Below, piece after piece: positions 51,075 through 64,000 of a DNA stretch of 64,000 nucleotides; within the stretch, counting starts at the first letter, position 1; each line of letters begins with the position of its first letter. This stretch comes from Psammoneis japonica (lineage: Eukaryota): the NCBI GenBank assembly GCA_008632985.1, contig QPGO01000158.1:1-64000 (forward strand), read 5' to 3'. Both the position numbers and the translations under genes were made by a program. Below the pieces are notes generated by a model. It saw nothing but the letters and a program-made list of their open reading frames with translations, was not told the DNA's origin and made no database searches.

Positions 51075-53687
51075 ATGATGTTGTTGCACGGGTTGTCGTC
51101 GCGTAGGCTTGTCATTGCCTTGTCGATTATGCACGGCCTGTTTCTGTCACCCGCTTCACAAGTAGTGTCTGCGCAAGGCGTGTGCCTCGAAGACACCGGG
51201 AGTATACCGGAGGAGACTAGTCCCAAGACGTTTGTCAGCTGGGCTCGAAGACTGTGGACAAGGGATTCGGGTGTGCGAGAGATTCCATCGTTTCGGGCCA
51301 ACCAGTCGTTCCGCCCAACGAAGCGTGGAGAAATTGTTGATCTCATCAAACAAGCAGAGGAGGAAGGTGACCGCATCAAGTGGAAAGGAACTTTGTGGGC
51401 ATTTGAGGCCGTTGCAGTACCAGGAAACATGGAGTTTGGACCTGATTTGGACACATTTACAGATGGAACTGTGATTGAAAGCGATGGTATCAGTGGTGAA
51501 ATCGACAGGTCGCTGTTCCTTGCTAATTTAGAATTGACCGATCCAGAGAGTCGGGAGGAACTGAGGCATATCAAGGGTGGCACCAAGATTTACAACATGA
51601 ATCGCTTGCTTCATGGCCTCCCTGCCAGAGAAGAGCTCGCCAATCGTGACGACGAGAAGAATCTAGATTGCAATGATACCTCTCGCGCCTTTCCTACCCT
51701 GGGTGGCTCTGGTGGACAGTCAGTCGCTGGTTTGATTGCTACGGGATCGCATGGCGGCGATATTGGGCTACCACCAATGGCAGATTTCACGCAAGCTATC
51801 CATCTTATTGGACCTGGTGGTCAAGAGTTCTGGATCGAGCGATCAGTAGGAATGACTGCTGGAAGCGCTTCTGACACGCAAGCTGCACTGCAGGCTATCG
51901 TGGACGGAAATCCTGATGCTGCGTCCGAGATGTGCCGCGACATTATCGTCAAGAAAGATGACGACTTGTTCTATGCTACGCTCGTGTCAGTCGGTCGAAT
52001 GGGGTTTGTATATTCCATAGTTGTCAAGACCGAGCCTGCATTCAAGCTTCGCGAAGTACGACACGATGATACGTGGGAAGCTCTCCGTGACAGTCTCACA
52101 GCTCCAGTGTTTCCGTCGTTTGTGGAGAACAGATCCTTGCACTATTTTCAAGTATTCATCAACCCGTTCACCAAAGCCGACGGCAATCACGCGATTAAAG
52201 TTTTGAAAGAACCAAGATCGAGAATTGCGCAATTGCAGATTCATCGTCTCCCAGCATGGCTCCCAGCATGGCCCCTACTACTGATATCGGTGACAATATC
52301 TTCCGTTGGGTTTGCACTCGGCAGAATGCATCTGAGATTGCGCCGCTCATTCTTGGGGCAGTAGCGGGACTGTCTGTTGTCGTTGCTACTCTGTTCGCAA
52401 CGTTGGCAGGCCTCAACGTAACGTTGGGCTTGGTCCTCCCCATTCCTCTAGTTGGACCAATCATTGCTGGCGGGATAGCTGCAGCCATTGCAACGACTAC
52501 CGTAGCGATCGCTACAGCCACTACCGCCAGTGTCGCCTTGACCGCCCTTGCCACGTATGTCGCTTTTGGGGGTCTCGGTCGGAGGCCTGGCGAGCTTGTC
52601 GGTGAAATCTCGAATGTTCTTTTCGCCTTGGATTTGCCAGACCTGATGCGAGAGATATTGAGCATCTTGTTTGATCGTATCTATCGGACCCCATTCGATC
52701 ACACTGACGTTGGTTGGAAGATAATGGATACTTACCCGTATGAAAACGAAGATTTCTGCCAAAAGGTAGAGTCCATGGACGTGGCCTTTGACGTCTCCCG
52801 TGCCACAAGTGTCGATAGTGGGTATTTGGCGTGGATTACAGAAGTCTTGTCCATTTTTGACGGTCTGTACGCCAGGAAAGTTGCAGTGGCGGGTGTTTTG
52901 ACACTTCGCTTTACCTCCAATACCGAATCGTTGATTGGTATGTCCAAGTTCCCTTCCACCGTCCACATTGAAGTCCCTCTTTTAGAAGACTTTGCCGGCA
53001 ACGCCGAGTTTCTTGATCAAATCCAAACTGCCGCAATTCGTCATGGCGGTGTTCCCAGTTGGGGACAGCAAATGGCGTCCTATACCAAGTCCGACATTAG
53101 CGATCTACACGGTGAAGACCTCAAGACATGGCAGCGAAGTCTAGCGCTACTGATCGGTGAAGGCGGTGGCAATGACTTTACCTTTAGCAACGAGTTCACT
53201 ACGTTCTACGGCCTTGAACCGATTGCGTTTGAGGAGTTGCGCTTTACTATTACAGTTGGTAACGACCCTCTCGGCGACACTGACTTGCTTCGTAAAGATG
53301 TTAGCGAGGACTTTTGCACATTACATTCAGGACGACGAGGTTGTCACGAGCCCGTTGAACGAAGGGCGTGAGTGGCCTGCCTTCTCCACCAACACGCGCA
53401 TCGTCAGCCTTGGCCCGGGAAAGACGTTTGAAGATGTTGAAAGTATCCGTATTGAACACCAGGCTGCTGGAGGAGACATAAATGCTGATAATTGGGAAAT
53501 GAACAGCATTGTCGTGACATCCATTGCGGCCGAAGACGGCAGCGAGCAAGTTGAACTCACTCTTTCTGAAATCCTCTTTTCCAGTTCCAGAAGAACGCGA
53601 ACCAGATTTGGGAACAGAGGTTTGCATCTTCTCCCTGAGTTCGTGCCTTGTGTGATCCTTCACGATCCCTCACGCCGCAAGACATGA
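51075..53687 (+). CDS. Secreted FAD-binding oxidoreductase (aldonolactone-oxidase-like) with a C-terminal beta-domain, frameshifted
   Basis: PTLGGSGGQSVAGLIATGSHG, VSVGRMGFVYS, LRFT, HIEV, GGVPSWGQ and ADNW. It is split over ORFs 50958-52364, 52256-53371 and 53157-53687. Confidence 0.7.
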
Positions 53688-54333
53688 ATACTCTCATTAC
53701 ATACTTACTTCACTTTGTCCATAACTCGGAAACCAGAAGCATCGCCAATGTCATTCCGCTGTATTGAGTTTCTCATTTCCATAATCGAAATCGAAGCTGT
53801 CACCAGAATTGAGACTTCACATGTATAGCGATTACACTAGTTCAACGATTGATTTCACTGTTGGCCAGTTCTTCTGCTGTTTTCTAACTCCGTTCAGATA
53901 GAAGCTATAGAGCCCCTCTAGGTCGAAAATCTCTACTGAGCGATAGCATTTTTGAGTACTTTTCCTTTCNCGCGCTCGCACTTCTCTTGGTTTGTTTTCT
54001 GTGCTGCAAGCTGCAAGCAAGTCCAGCCAAACGAGCAGAGGTAGGTTAGGTCTCTAGAGCTACTCTCTCTAGTAGAGTAGAGTAGAGAGGTAGGTGTGCA
54101 ACAACAAACTTTCATCAATGTGCAAATTTAGTCTGGGACGGACGGACGGCACTCTTTGTGTCCGGGTTACATACCGTTCTGGCCGCGACACGCAAGAACA
54201 ATGCCTCGTCTGTAGTATCAATACCAAATTCTACACGATTCTTTCTCGCTCCGCCACCCGCCTGCCACCACCTACCGCACCACGAGCACACTGCATGCAT
54301 TCGTGGCCATGCACAACAAGCAACAACGCAACC

Positions 54334-56772
54334 ATGACAACGAAAATGCAAGCCGACGCCAACAACGAGAAACCGAGCAGCACCAAGGACGCCAAGAGCA
54401 AACCAGTGACGGGAGACGACGAGGAACGAATCCGAGAGCGTTTGAAACAAAAGCAAGAAGCGCGCCGTGCTTCGTCGGCCGCTGCTGCTGCAAACCCGGA
54501 AACCAACAAGAGCGACAACAAGAGGAAGAGCGACAGCAAGAAGGACAAGGACGAGACATCACCCTCCCATAAGAAACGCCGTCGTCATCGAGGACACAAT
54601 AGCAATCGACACGGAGACCGTCACCACCGTCCTCATCACGGCGGCGGCCATCATGGTCATCGGCGCGGCGGCCCACCTCCTCCGCCCGAGTGGAGAGGCC
54701 GAGGTCCTCCTCCGCACATGATGCCTCGTCATGGAGGAAATGATCGTCACTGGAGAGGAAGAGGAGGTCCGCCACCTCCGCCACCGGAATGGAGAGGACG
54801 CGGTCCGCCGCCTCCTCATTATCGTCGCGATGTAGGCCCGCATTATCGCGAAGGAGGAGGAGGTCGCCGTAGTCGGTCCATGTCTCGCAGCATGAGTCAT
54901 TCACGGTCGTACAGTCGCTCCAGGAGTCGGAGTTACTCGTCGTCATCATCGAGATCGAGGAGTGTGAGCAGTAGCAGAAGTAGGAGCGAGTCGTCGAGAT
55001 CGAGGAGTTATAGTCGCAGTCGATCGCGCTCTCGTGATAGACGCCATCGTCGACACCGACGCAGTCCTTCGTATTCCGACATGTCGACCGACGCGTCTTC
55101 GGCTTCGTATTCTTCCTCTTCGTCCGAGTCGGATTCGGAAGACAAGAACAATACCAAAAATGCCGCGGACGACCTTACCAAGGACCAGCGCACCGTGCTT
55201 GTATCGCAGCTAGTCATGCGCACCACGGAACGGGATGTCAAGAAGTTTTTTCGCAAGACTCTCAAACTCAAGGTCAAGGAAGTCATTTTGTTGCGAGACC
55301 GACGGACCAATCGTCACAAGGGTATTGCCTATGTAGAACTGGCAGAGCTGCAGGACGTTCAGAAAGCTATTGCCGCGAGTGGCGTTGCTCCGGACTTTCA
55401 ACGCTTTCCCATTCTCATCAAGGCGTCTGAAGCCGAAAAGAATTACTCTGGAACAGCGGCGGCGACCGTGGCTCCGGCAGGTCCCATGGTGGATGCCGCT
55501 GGCAAACTCTACGAGGCACAACGGGTCTATGTGGGTAATTTGGATCCATCCGTTGGCGCAGAACAACTTCAAACAGTCTTTGTCAATTTCGGGGCGCTTC
55601 ACAAGGTGGCGCTTCAGACCGAGCCATCGACGGGGGTGTCTAGAGGATTTGTATTCTTATCCTTTTCCGATCCCAAGGCTGCCAATCTTGCCATTCAGGC
55701 AATGGCGGGACAAGTGTGGGCAGGACGAGCGATGTAAGTACTTATTGCTGTTGTGGATGGATTGAAATTATTTTTTTGAGCTGGTTTCTAACCCAACGTT
55801 TACCATCATTTATCTGCGTTTCTCTTTCAATACAGAAAAACAGGCTGGGCAAACCACACGTCGTCCATGCCGGGTGTCGAAATGCGCACTTCGGATGAGT
55901 TCCCCGACGATGCCGCTGCAAGGATTCAAAAGGCACAAATGTCGCTTGCGCAAGTCCAAGCCTTGGGTGCCGCCACTCCTGCTGCCGGCGTGCCATCCGC
56001 AGCCGTGTCGTCTGTTGCCGAGGCTGCCATTAATGCGGCTCTTGGACTGCCCATGCCGTCGAATCTTGCTGCCGTCGCCCCTGCGGCTGCTGCTCCTGCT
56101 GCGGTTGCCCCGGCCGTAGTTGCTAGTGTACCAGTTGCAGCTCCTACAATCCCATCGGTATCTGCTCCAAGTATTCCTGTTGCTGCTCCTACAAGTAGTA
56201 CAACCGCTGCTGTAGCTGGTAGTGAGGATGCCAAGACAGTCCTCGGTACTCCGTCAATGCATTTACTTGTTCGCAACATGTTCAACAAGGACGAAGAAAC
56301 CGAAGCTGGTTGGGAAGAAGAGATTCGTTTAGACTTTGAAGAAGAGTGTCAGAAGTATGGCAAAATGGATTATGTACAGGTCATGTCGAGCGAGCCGGGT
56401 GGTAAGATTTACGCAAGTTTCACTACATTGGATGGAGCTAAAAATTGTGCTGTTAGTCTTGCAGGTCGATGGTTTGACAAGCGTCAATTGCGGGTAGAGT
56501 ATGTTTCCGAACAAGACTTGCCCAAGAATAGTAAGATCAAGAAAGAAGAAGATGCCTGTACACCAGAGGCCAAGATGGTACAGGACGTGAAGAAGGAAAA
56601 CGGCGACGCCTTACCCGTTATTGAGGTCGTCAAGAGACAGGACAATGGTTCTCTAGACAAAGCGGTCAAGGCGGAGAACGATGGACCATCTGGATCTGTT
56701 GTAAAGGAGGGAGGCGACGAATCTCCAGCGACTGCAGTAAGGAAGGTCGACGACGTCAGAAAGGAGGAGTGA
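54334..56772 (+). CDS. RBM39: RBM39/CC1-like RS-domain splicing factor with two RRMs and a UHM
   Basis: RS tract, DQRTVLVSQL...KGIAYVEL, VYVGNL...SRGFVF, and LLVRNMF...EEC.KYG...GRWF. The intron is at 55734-55835. Confidence 0.88.
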
Positions 56773-57535
56773 AAAGCTACGTAGACTTTTTCGTTTTCTT
56801 TTTGTTTCATCACGGCAGGGAGGAAACAACGGAAAGGGTGGTATAAGTAAGGGGAGAATGCGTGGCTTGACAAGATGACGATTGAAGAAGATATCAAGGA
56901 GAGTCGCACAAGAAGGACTTGCCTAGTCATCCAACATTGTGGATTTTCATGAAAGAGTCAAGTGTTTCACACCCATGTGTGTTTTTTGTTTTAGATTTGT
57001 ACAGAGCGGTATTTGTACGGTGTGTTCGGAGCGTCAACGGTTTTATCCTTTTAACGCTTCCCCTCCAACGGTACATTACTTTGTAAGATTGTTTGTAAAA
57101 GAGTAGATGAATGTTACTGCCAGCCTGTTGTTCGGCGGTTTGAGAATACTGCATCGCTGACGTCAGTAGCGTTGAGTGAATCACAGGTCGTCAACGCCAT
57201 TATACTACGGTATAGGCTTGGAAATAGTTTCAAAATCGAAGACAATTTTTCATAAGCCCTGCGCTTGATTCATCCACAGACACCCATCCATCCCAACTGT
57301 CGATGGTCCACCATGTCGGACGAAGGAATGCCTGTGAGTGGCGGAAAGAAGGAACACAAAACAAGCACAGTTGGGGACAAGGCGGAGATGGGCGTTACAG
57401 GACATTATAGTAGACTAGTTGATCGTTATGGTAAGGGACGGTCCATGGCGCAGTAACTATTAGCTTGTTTCTAATTCAGATTGTAAATTACCTAAAGCAT
57501 GAGTTTCACTTGTCATGACCGGGATCATAATATGC

Positions 57536-59128
57536 TTACCGATAGTAGCGCGGGTGCCCGTAGGGGTGGGGACTTTCGGCGGTTGTGTTTTGCGGTTCGT
57601 TGTGACCGTCGACGCCTCCATAGTAGCTTGGGGTGTCATTGTTGTCCTGCGTCATTCCTCTGTAGTCCCCACAGCGATTGTCTTCGGAGCGACGATAGTA
57701 TGAATCATACTCGAAGTGACTACGGTCGCCATAATGGCTGTCATACGCGCATTCGTCTCTGGGGTAGGGGCTGAATACCTCTCTGGCATAAGGACGTCTG
57801 GAATCACAATTACCATTGCTGCCATAATGCCCCCCATGGAGATGCCGATAGCCGGTTGGGCGGAACCTCTTGTGGTCCCTACGAGAATATACATCGCAAT
57901 CGTCACGCTCATGATGCTGTTTGATTTGCGTTTCGAGGTCGGCAGTCCTCTCGCGTTCACGAAAATACGCGTCTTTGTATTTGTCCTTCTCCTTGGTCAA
58001 TGCCATTATGTTGTTGAGTGCCGCATTATGGGCCTCTCTCACAACCCGCAGCTCCTCCTTTTCGTCACACAGGATCAAGCCCATGTCCGACCCTACCAAC
58101 TTGACACACTCCTCCCACACTTCCACCCACTCGTCCACATTCTGCACACCACCACCATAAGGTTGATTTTGTCGGGGTCGCGAATCCACAATATCGTCGA
58201 CATCAAATTTGTGATGAAGTTGATTATTTGGAAAGAGGAGTTTTCTTAGACGCGATTCAATATCGAAAGCCTTTCCAGGAGGATACAAGCTCCTGACCGC
58301 CAAGAATTTTTTCCAAACTCCATCTGGCTTGACAACGGAATGAACAACATTGGGATCACCGCTAGCCTCCGCCTTTTCAATGAACATTTGCTCGAGAAAT
58401 GCCATTGCCCGTGAGGTAGCCTGGTACTTGTCCGAAGTGACAATACAAAATCCATCAGTCCTAGCCATGTTTTCGGATGGAGCGTTGTTGTTGGTAACGG
58501 CGGTTGCATCATCGTGGTTCTTCTCGGCGTCCTTCTCGACTTCGCTGCTAGCCAAATCGATATTGCTCTGATCGCCGTCACTCTCGTCTACTAGGCTTGG
58601 ACAATCAACTATGGTCTTGGCTTCTGGAGTCGAGTTGTCAAGCGATGGTCTTTCTCTTGCGTTGACGGCATCCACGGCAATGTCTGTTACAAGGCCTGTA
58701 GTACTGACACCTTCTCCATGAATGTCTGCTATGGTATCAAGGCGTTCCCCTTCATGTGCCTCGGATCTGCGAACCTCATCATTCACAGCATTGAAAGCCT
58801 TGGTTGTAATCTTTGCTACAATGCCCGCACCCTTGGCATGAATGCTCTTGATGCTTTCCAAGCGCTTATCTTCCTTATTGACAGTCACTTGAACTTTCTT
58901 GACAACAATTCTCTTGCCTTTTTCTGCTGCATTGGCCTTATACTTCTTCGTCCAGATCTTTCTCTTTTCCTTGTGCTCAGCTTGCACTTCAGGAGGGGCC
59001 GTCTTTAGGCGCTCACGACGTAGAGCTTGCCTCTGTGCGTCTGTCAGCGCATCAGCCTTTCGCTTCTGGCCGCGTGGTTGTTTCTCGTTGTTCTCTTCCA
59101 TTGTTAGCAATTGAAACAGCTTTGTCAA
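57536..59128 (-). CDS. Hypothetical 530-aa protein with a basic N-terminus, coiled coil and Tyr/Arg/Asp-rich tail
   Basis: Long ORF with no recognised domain. Confidence 0.6.
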   Translation of the reverse strand: MTKLFQLLTMEENNEKQPRGQKRKADALTDAQRQALRRERLKTAPPEVQAEHKEKRKIWTKKYKANAAEKGKRIVVKKVQVTVNKEDKRLESIKSIHAKGAGIVAKITTKAFNAVNDEVRRSEAHEGERLDTIADIHGEGVSTTGLVTDIAVDAVNARERPSLDNSTPEAKTIVDCPSLVDESDGDQSNIDLASSEVEKDAEKNHDDATAVTNNNAPSENMARTDGFCIVTSDKYQATSRAMAFLEQMFIEKAEASGDPNVVHSVVKPDGVWKKFLAVRSLYPPGKAFDIESRLRKLLFPNNQLHHKFDVDDIVDSRPRQNQPYGGGVQNVDEWVEVWEECVKLVGSDMGLILCDEKEELRVVREAHNAALNNIMALTKEKDKYKDAYFRERERTADLETQIKQHHERDDCDVYSRRDHKRFRPTGYRHLHGGHYGSNGNCDSRRPYAREVFSPYPRDECAYDSHYGDRSHFEYDSYYRRSEDNRCGDYRGMTQDNNDTPSYYGGVDGHNEPQNTTAESPHPYGHPRYYR

Positions 59129-59978
59129 GTCGTGTAAGCTCTTAAAATGAAAGAGTTTCTTCGAGTCGCCAATCCCAAAAGGCCGGCAACGTTTTCTCGC
59201 TCATGGCTTCGTGTGAACGTGTCGTCGCATTGTTTCGAAACAGTTTCAAAACATTTCAAAATGATTTCGAACGGGGTTGTTCAAATCACCAGCTCAGCTG
59301 GTATTGTCTTCTGGTGGAGACGACGAGGCATAGACAACCATGGTGGTTATTCCTTACGTCCATAATGGTGGCCAACCGGTCAACCTGAGCAATAGTCGTC
59401 GGAGGGCGTAGTTGCAGCAATGCGGGTTGCGGGTTCGACGGACCGTTACGATTTACGATTTACGGCTGGCTTCGGATTTCGCAACCTATTTTCGCTTGTT
59501 TGGGGGTATTTCGTAAATTTTCTCGAAAAACAACTGAATTAAGATATGATTTTATACAATTACGCAAGAATTATGGGATAAAAGAGCAAACGGCTTGTGC
59601 CGCGAGTTCAGCTTCAGTACGCACATCACACTGCAAATAGACTCTACTGTACTCTACTCTACTAGAGTAGAGTCCACTTTACTCCTACTACACCAGCTAC
59701 TACCGGTAGCCTAGCTATGGTACTACTAGTAGAGCTAAGGGTAGAGAGAGAGAGAGCTGCTGCTGCTGCACTCTCTACGCAGGGATGAGGGCCCTGCGGC
59801 ACTCCAGCTGCCTGCTGATGGCCAAAATCTTGTCTGGCCGCATGGCCATTGATGCCATACACAGCGACCCCGACACCCCGACGCTCTCTCTCTCTCTCTC
59901 TACGGGCCCGAGCTACCTGTGGCTATCTAGTAGAGAGTAGGTGCCATACTACAGTATGGGCCGTTGAATTCGTCTCTC

Positions 59979-60300
59979 AACGCATGAACAAGCCGTTGAA
60001 TCTGCAAATTTTCGTGACTCGCGGCCGGTGAGTCACGAAAAAAACACTCTTTGCGCGTCAATCGCGCGCAATTCTCACCCTCTGCGCGACCTTCATGCGC
60101 GCTTTTCAACGCACGAGCGGGCCGTTACACGCACGAGCGGGCCGTTAAACGCATGAACGGCCCGTTGAATCTGCAAATTTTCGTGACTCGCGGCCGGTGA
60201 GTCACGAAAAAAACACTCTCTGCGCGACAATCACGCGTGCTTGTCAACCTCTGCGCGACCGTCTTGCGCACTTGTCAACGCATGAGTGGGCCGTTGAACG
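59979..60300. repeat. Direct repeat of ~80 bp (period 169 bp) containing a palindrome, plus ~20-bp subrepeats
   Basis: ccgttgaatctgcaaattttcgtgactcgcggccggtgagtcacgaaaaaaacactct occurs twice, and acgcacgagcgggccgtta occurs twice. Confidence 0.9.
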
Positions 60301-60334
60301 CATTCCGTACTACCGGTACCGGAGGACACGTACA

Positions 60335-60659
60335 GTACTACGAATTGCTGAACAATTGCGCGATACACGTGCCCGAAGCTCGAATATCGTTGCCCGAAGC
60401 AACAATCATCGTTCGCGCAGATGTCCATTCTACATAGTATATGGTATTGAAAATACCATTGGAGTCGTATGAGTCGTCGAGGGAATTTCAGGAAATGACC
60501 TCTGTGGTACGGTGCTACGTGATCTACACAAATCGGACATTCTCGAATGCTGGTACATATTCTACGGTCTCTACGTGCGCGAAGCTCGAATTTCGTGCCC
60601 GAAGCAACAATCACCGTTCGGGCACGTGTATCGCGCAATTGTTCAGCAATTCGTAGTAC
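60335..60659. mobile_element. MITE-like element with a 43-bp terminal inverted repeat
   Basis: gtactacgaattgctgaacaattgcgcgatacacgtgcccgaa (60335-60377) is the exact reverse complement of 60617-60659. Confidence 0.65.
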
Positions 60660-62309
60660 GTACGACACTAACGGTACGTGAACTCCTCTATCTCGTTGAG
60701 CCATGAAGCATGCAGGCCGTCGCGACAAAGGAGCCGTCGCCCCCGCCAGAGCCGCCATGGCTGTTCCGTCACGGGGCCTTCCCGGTCGCTTGCTATTGTC
60801 TCTTCCCCTCCTACGTCTGTAGAATTATGTAGTGTTCCGGTTCACTTCCAGTTCAAGAATTACAAATGTCAGGCATCTTACATGGCGATGATGGATGATG
60901 GTGCTTCAGACTCAAGACGTTGCATCGGTAGAAAGGAAAACGCGCTTTAGAATCACCGACTGGGACTGCTACTTTAGCGTTGCAGAGGGAACAAGCCAGA
61001 CGCGTTCCAGAGCAAAGTAGGGCTCGAGAACCTCTCCTGAATCCTGCAAATGCGTCTGCTGACAGCATTTCTCCCAAATCCCAAAGTTCCCAACTGTCTC
61101 AAGCGGTTCGTGAACTATGTAATACACGATATCCTCCCATGTATGCGGTTCTGGGGACACGTGACCAAATAATGTGCGTCCACCCAAGGTGAAAACAACT
61201 TCAACGTCAATTTCTGGTGCTTCGGCGCCACTCTTTGTTGTCCTCTGGGTTAGCCTGAATATGGAGCAAGTGTCAGTGAAGACAAAGTCGCTGCTGTTGG
61301 TGCTCTCATGGATGCGTATCCAAATATCGCTTTCGTGAAAATTCGTGTGACACGGAGCATTCACCGCTGTCACTAGCTTGCATGATGAAGCAAGGGGCTC
61401 AACGACATCAATCTTGAAGCTTTTTGTGAAATATGATGAATACAAGGATGATGAAAAGACATGCATCATTTCAAGCCCGTTAGAGATGTTGTTCGACTGC
61501 AAGTTTCAATGGAAATCCTTGAAAATATTACTCTGGAACAAAAATGGCTACTACGGATCCAGCTTTTGGGGTGAACTGTTCACTCGGTTGCATCCACTCA
61601 ACTACAATCCTTTGGATCTGGGAATGGGAGACATTCCTCCTCATGAGCTACGGGCGTTTCTCAGCATGGGAATAAGGGCATATCCAGAAGACGTGCGAAC
61701 ACCCGGCCCAAAGACATTGATGAAACTGAAGAATAACACTCGTCTTTGGCATGCCACAAGTCCATGGCGCTTCTTGCGTTGATCACAGATTATCCTGATG
61801 CGACGTACTGCAAGAATTAAAAGAGATAGACGTCAATAACTCTTGCGCTAGGTACTGGAACACCGTCGGAGTGTGGCATGATGAAGTTGATGGCTCCAAC
61901 AGCATTCATCAAAGCACCTCGCGAATGCAATCGGAAAGAGCATTGGCTTGCGGTCGTTTTGTTCAAAGATCATGTAGCAGCTAATGTTTCTGTTGAAGCA
62001 TCATGAGCTGTTGCCACAGAATTCGCATGTGTTTATGGACTTCTGTTCCTTGCACAAGAATCCCTGTGGGATCAATCGGTCTTTTGCTGCCTCCCTCTGC
62101 TTTTGGTACCATCATTTTTGTAGGATCTAAAATTTTCGTTGCCCAATCACAACGCGCTGTGATGAGCACCTGCCCTTCTGATCTTCGGATCATGATGATT
62201 CTTCGAAAAGCGTTGAATGCTCTCCCGGTGCCGCTTTTCAAAAAGCTGAGAAAGATTACGGTTCTTACAATATTTTTTCCAGTGGTTTATTTCCACTTTC
62301 AAGAAACAA

Positions 62310-64000
62310 TGTCCAGGTCGTTGCGGTGTGGCCAGGAAGCTCGCTGTGACCGAGAGTCATTGCTAGAGGCAGAAATGGCCAAGCGCGGTTTATGTGGATA
62401 TCAATCTTTCCTGTATCGTAGCGAAGAGGCTTGCTGGGGCACGTACGAGGAGAACGAGGCTTTTGAAGACCTTGTGAGTGATTATATGTCGACGGGATAT
62501 CCTAGTCTGAAAGAAGTATGCACGGCGTTGGCTCCGCATGTTCGAAAGATAATGCTCATAAAAGCAGATTGTTGGAACGAGGAGGACTCGCGGTGCTTTG
62601 AGTTCGCAAGTGGTAAGAGCGACTCACCGACTCTTGATACTCTACGAGAGCTCATTGTGGCAGAAAGAGCTAGGAGGAAAGAGCAAGTGAATGCTTTGGT
62701 TGAAGAGCGTGGAATCTCACCGGAGGCACGGGAAAAGTTGGTTCGTTTCACGTATGAGGTTCAGGCCCATGTCAATTCGTTTGTGCGCTACGGCGTTGGC
62801 AAAGCAGATTGGCTTGCCAATGGCGTTGCTACTACTGCGCGTCATGTAGAGTTGATGTCATCTTTTAAACGATTCAACTTGAAGGAGCCGCTCATTGAGA
62901 TTGGTTTGAACATTCTTTTGCAATGCAACGCAGATTGTTTTTCTGAAGCCTTCAAACGGTCGAATACCGACTGTGATGAAAGGATTGTGGACTACATGCT
63001 ACAGACTCCAACTTGCTCCGTCAGTGCCTGGGAGCTTTCTACTGTCTTCAAAACTGACTGCGTCTCTCGTCAGCAGGGTGTTGATACCATGGCAGCGGAC
63101 CTGTGTCTAGATCTTAATGCGCTTCGGTCAAAGCGTGAGTACTCACAGGAATGGCGAAGCCTCGATACTTATGTGGACAATAACACTGGCGAACCCGCAC
63201 TTATTCTTGCTCAGATTGCGCTGGACCAACGTATGCGGGAACATAAACACCCCCGTTTAAGAGATTTTCTTAAGAGGTTGCCTGCGATGGAAGAGCTCGT
63301 TAAAGAATTTGGACGCGGCGATTCCAGCTCCGTTGAGGACTTAATTCATCAGTTGGTCGTTGATCAGGCGACTCGTCGTAATGACCTTCACGCTGCAGCC
63401 GCATCCGTGCTCGAGACCCGAGATAGAAGGGGCTGCTCTCGCTGGCGCTCATGCGCTGAAAGTGTCCGACCTGGACAAATGCGACTACATTTTATTTGGA
63501 ACAGGAACGTTGGCAGCTGCTTTAGAAGCATTTCTTAGGTCTCTTAGAACCCTCGCACTACGGACCTCTTATTTTGAGGTGTCCTCTCCACGATCCACCT
63601 CATTTAAGTAACGAGAAGGAAACGACCCGCGCTTTAAGGAATTCACCTCGGGATTGAGCTCATATTCCAGTCCACGCGAGCTAGTTGCGTGTTGGCAAGA
63701 ACAAGAACGCCGTCGAACTGACGAGATCGCTGCGCTCACGAGCTTGCAAGCAATGGACGTTGAGGAGTAAGAAAGCGGTGGCTATCTTCCGCGAAGCTAT
63801 GAAGCGTACATTTCGGAAGGAGTTGGTACAGCTGAAGAAGTGGCGCTTGAATTGTCGAAGTGTAGCCGTGAGTGGCTTCTGCGAACCGAGCTTCGGAAAA
63901 CAGACCTAGGCTCTCGCCTTGCATACCGCTACACAGACGAACCGCGTTGCAAAAGCCTTCATTGACGGAGACAGCACGTGGCCTACTGTTGAAGCACTGG
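62310..64000 (+). CDS. Hypothetical helical-repeat protein, probably frameshifted and continuing past 63538
   Basis: Long ORF 62003-63538 (ATG at 62310) with plausible continuation in other frames. No domain recognised. Confidence 0.5.

Noticed and set aside
59955..60300. CRISPR array
   Set aside because: There are only two long repeats, no regular unique spacers and no cas genes, and the context is eukaryotic.
60969..61782. ORFs of 134-177 aa
   Set aside because: No recognisable motif. They may be a decayed gene, but this cannot be supported from the sequence.

Overview
This is eukaryotic, gene-dense DNA with short GT-AG introns, most likely from a diatom. The evidence is signal peptide + ASAFAP-type plastid presequences, diatom-style 'QRYALAVFYFAT.G..W' LRR proteins and a fused NirB-NirD nitrite reductase. 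About 20 genes are visible, including a CBM/B-lectin/GH99-like enzyme, a SET protein, Ysc84, three LRR proteins, a DHHC PAT, a DHH-EF-hand-CBS protein, nirB, NAT10, a METTL21-like methyltransferase, a fatty acyl-CoA reductase, a GT2-FkbM fusion, an FAD oxidase and RBM39. Many carry single-base frameshifts that look like assembly errors. The main finding is a ~9.7 kb domain (~39.65-49.37 kb) almost purged of both CpG and TpA. It holds a dead copy of the gene at 33 kb, and comparing the two copies shows CpG->TpG/CpA and TpA->TpG/CpA conversion. This suggests a regional hypermutation process that includes A->G change at TpA, the opposite of fungal RIP. The domain edges are TpA-depleted but keep CpG, a TAG/CTA-rich tract sits at the right border, and a repeat at 1-470 shows the same TpA signature on its own. 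All counts were made by eye.
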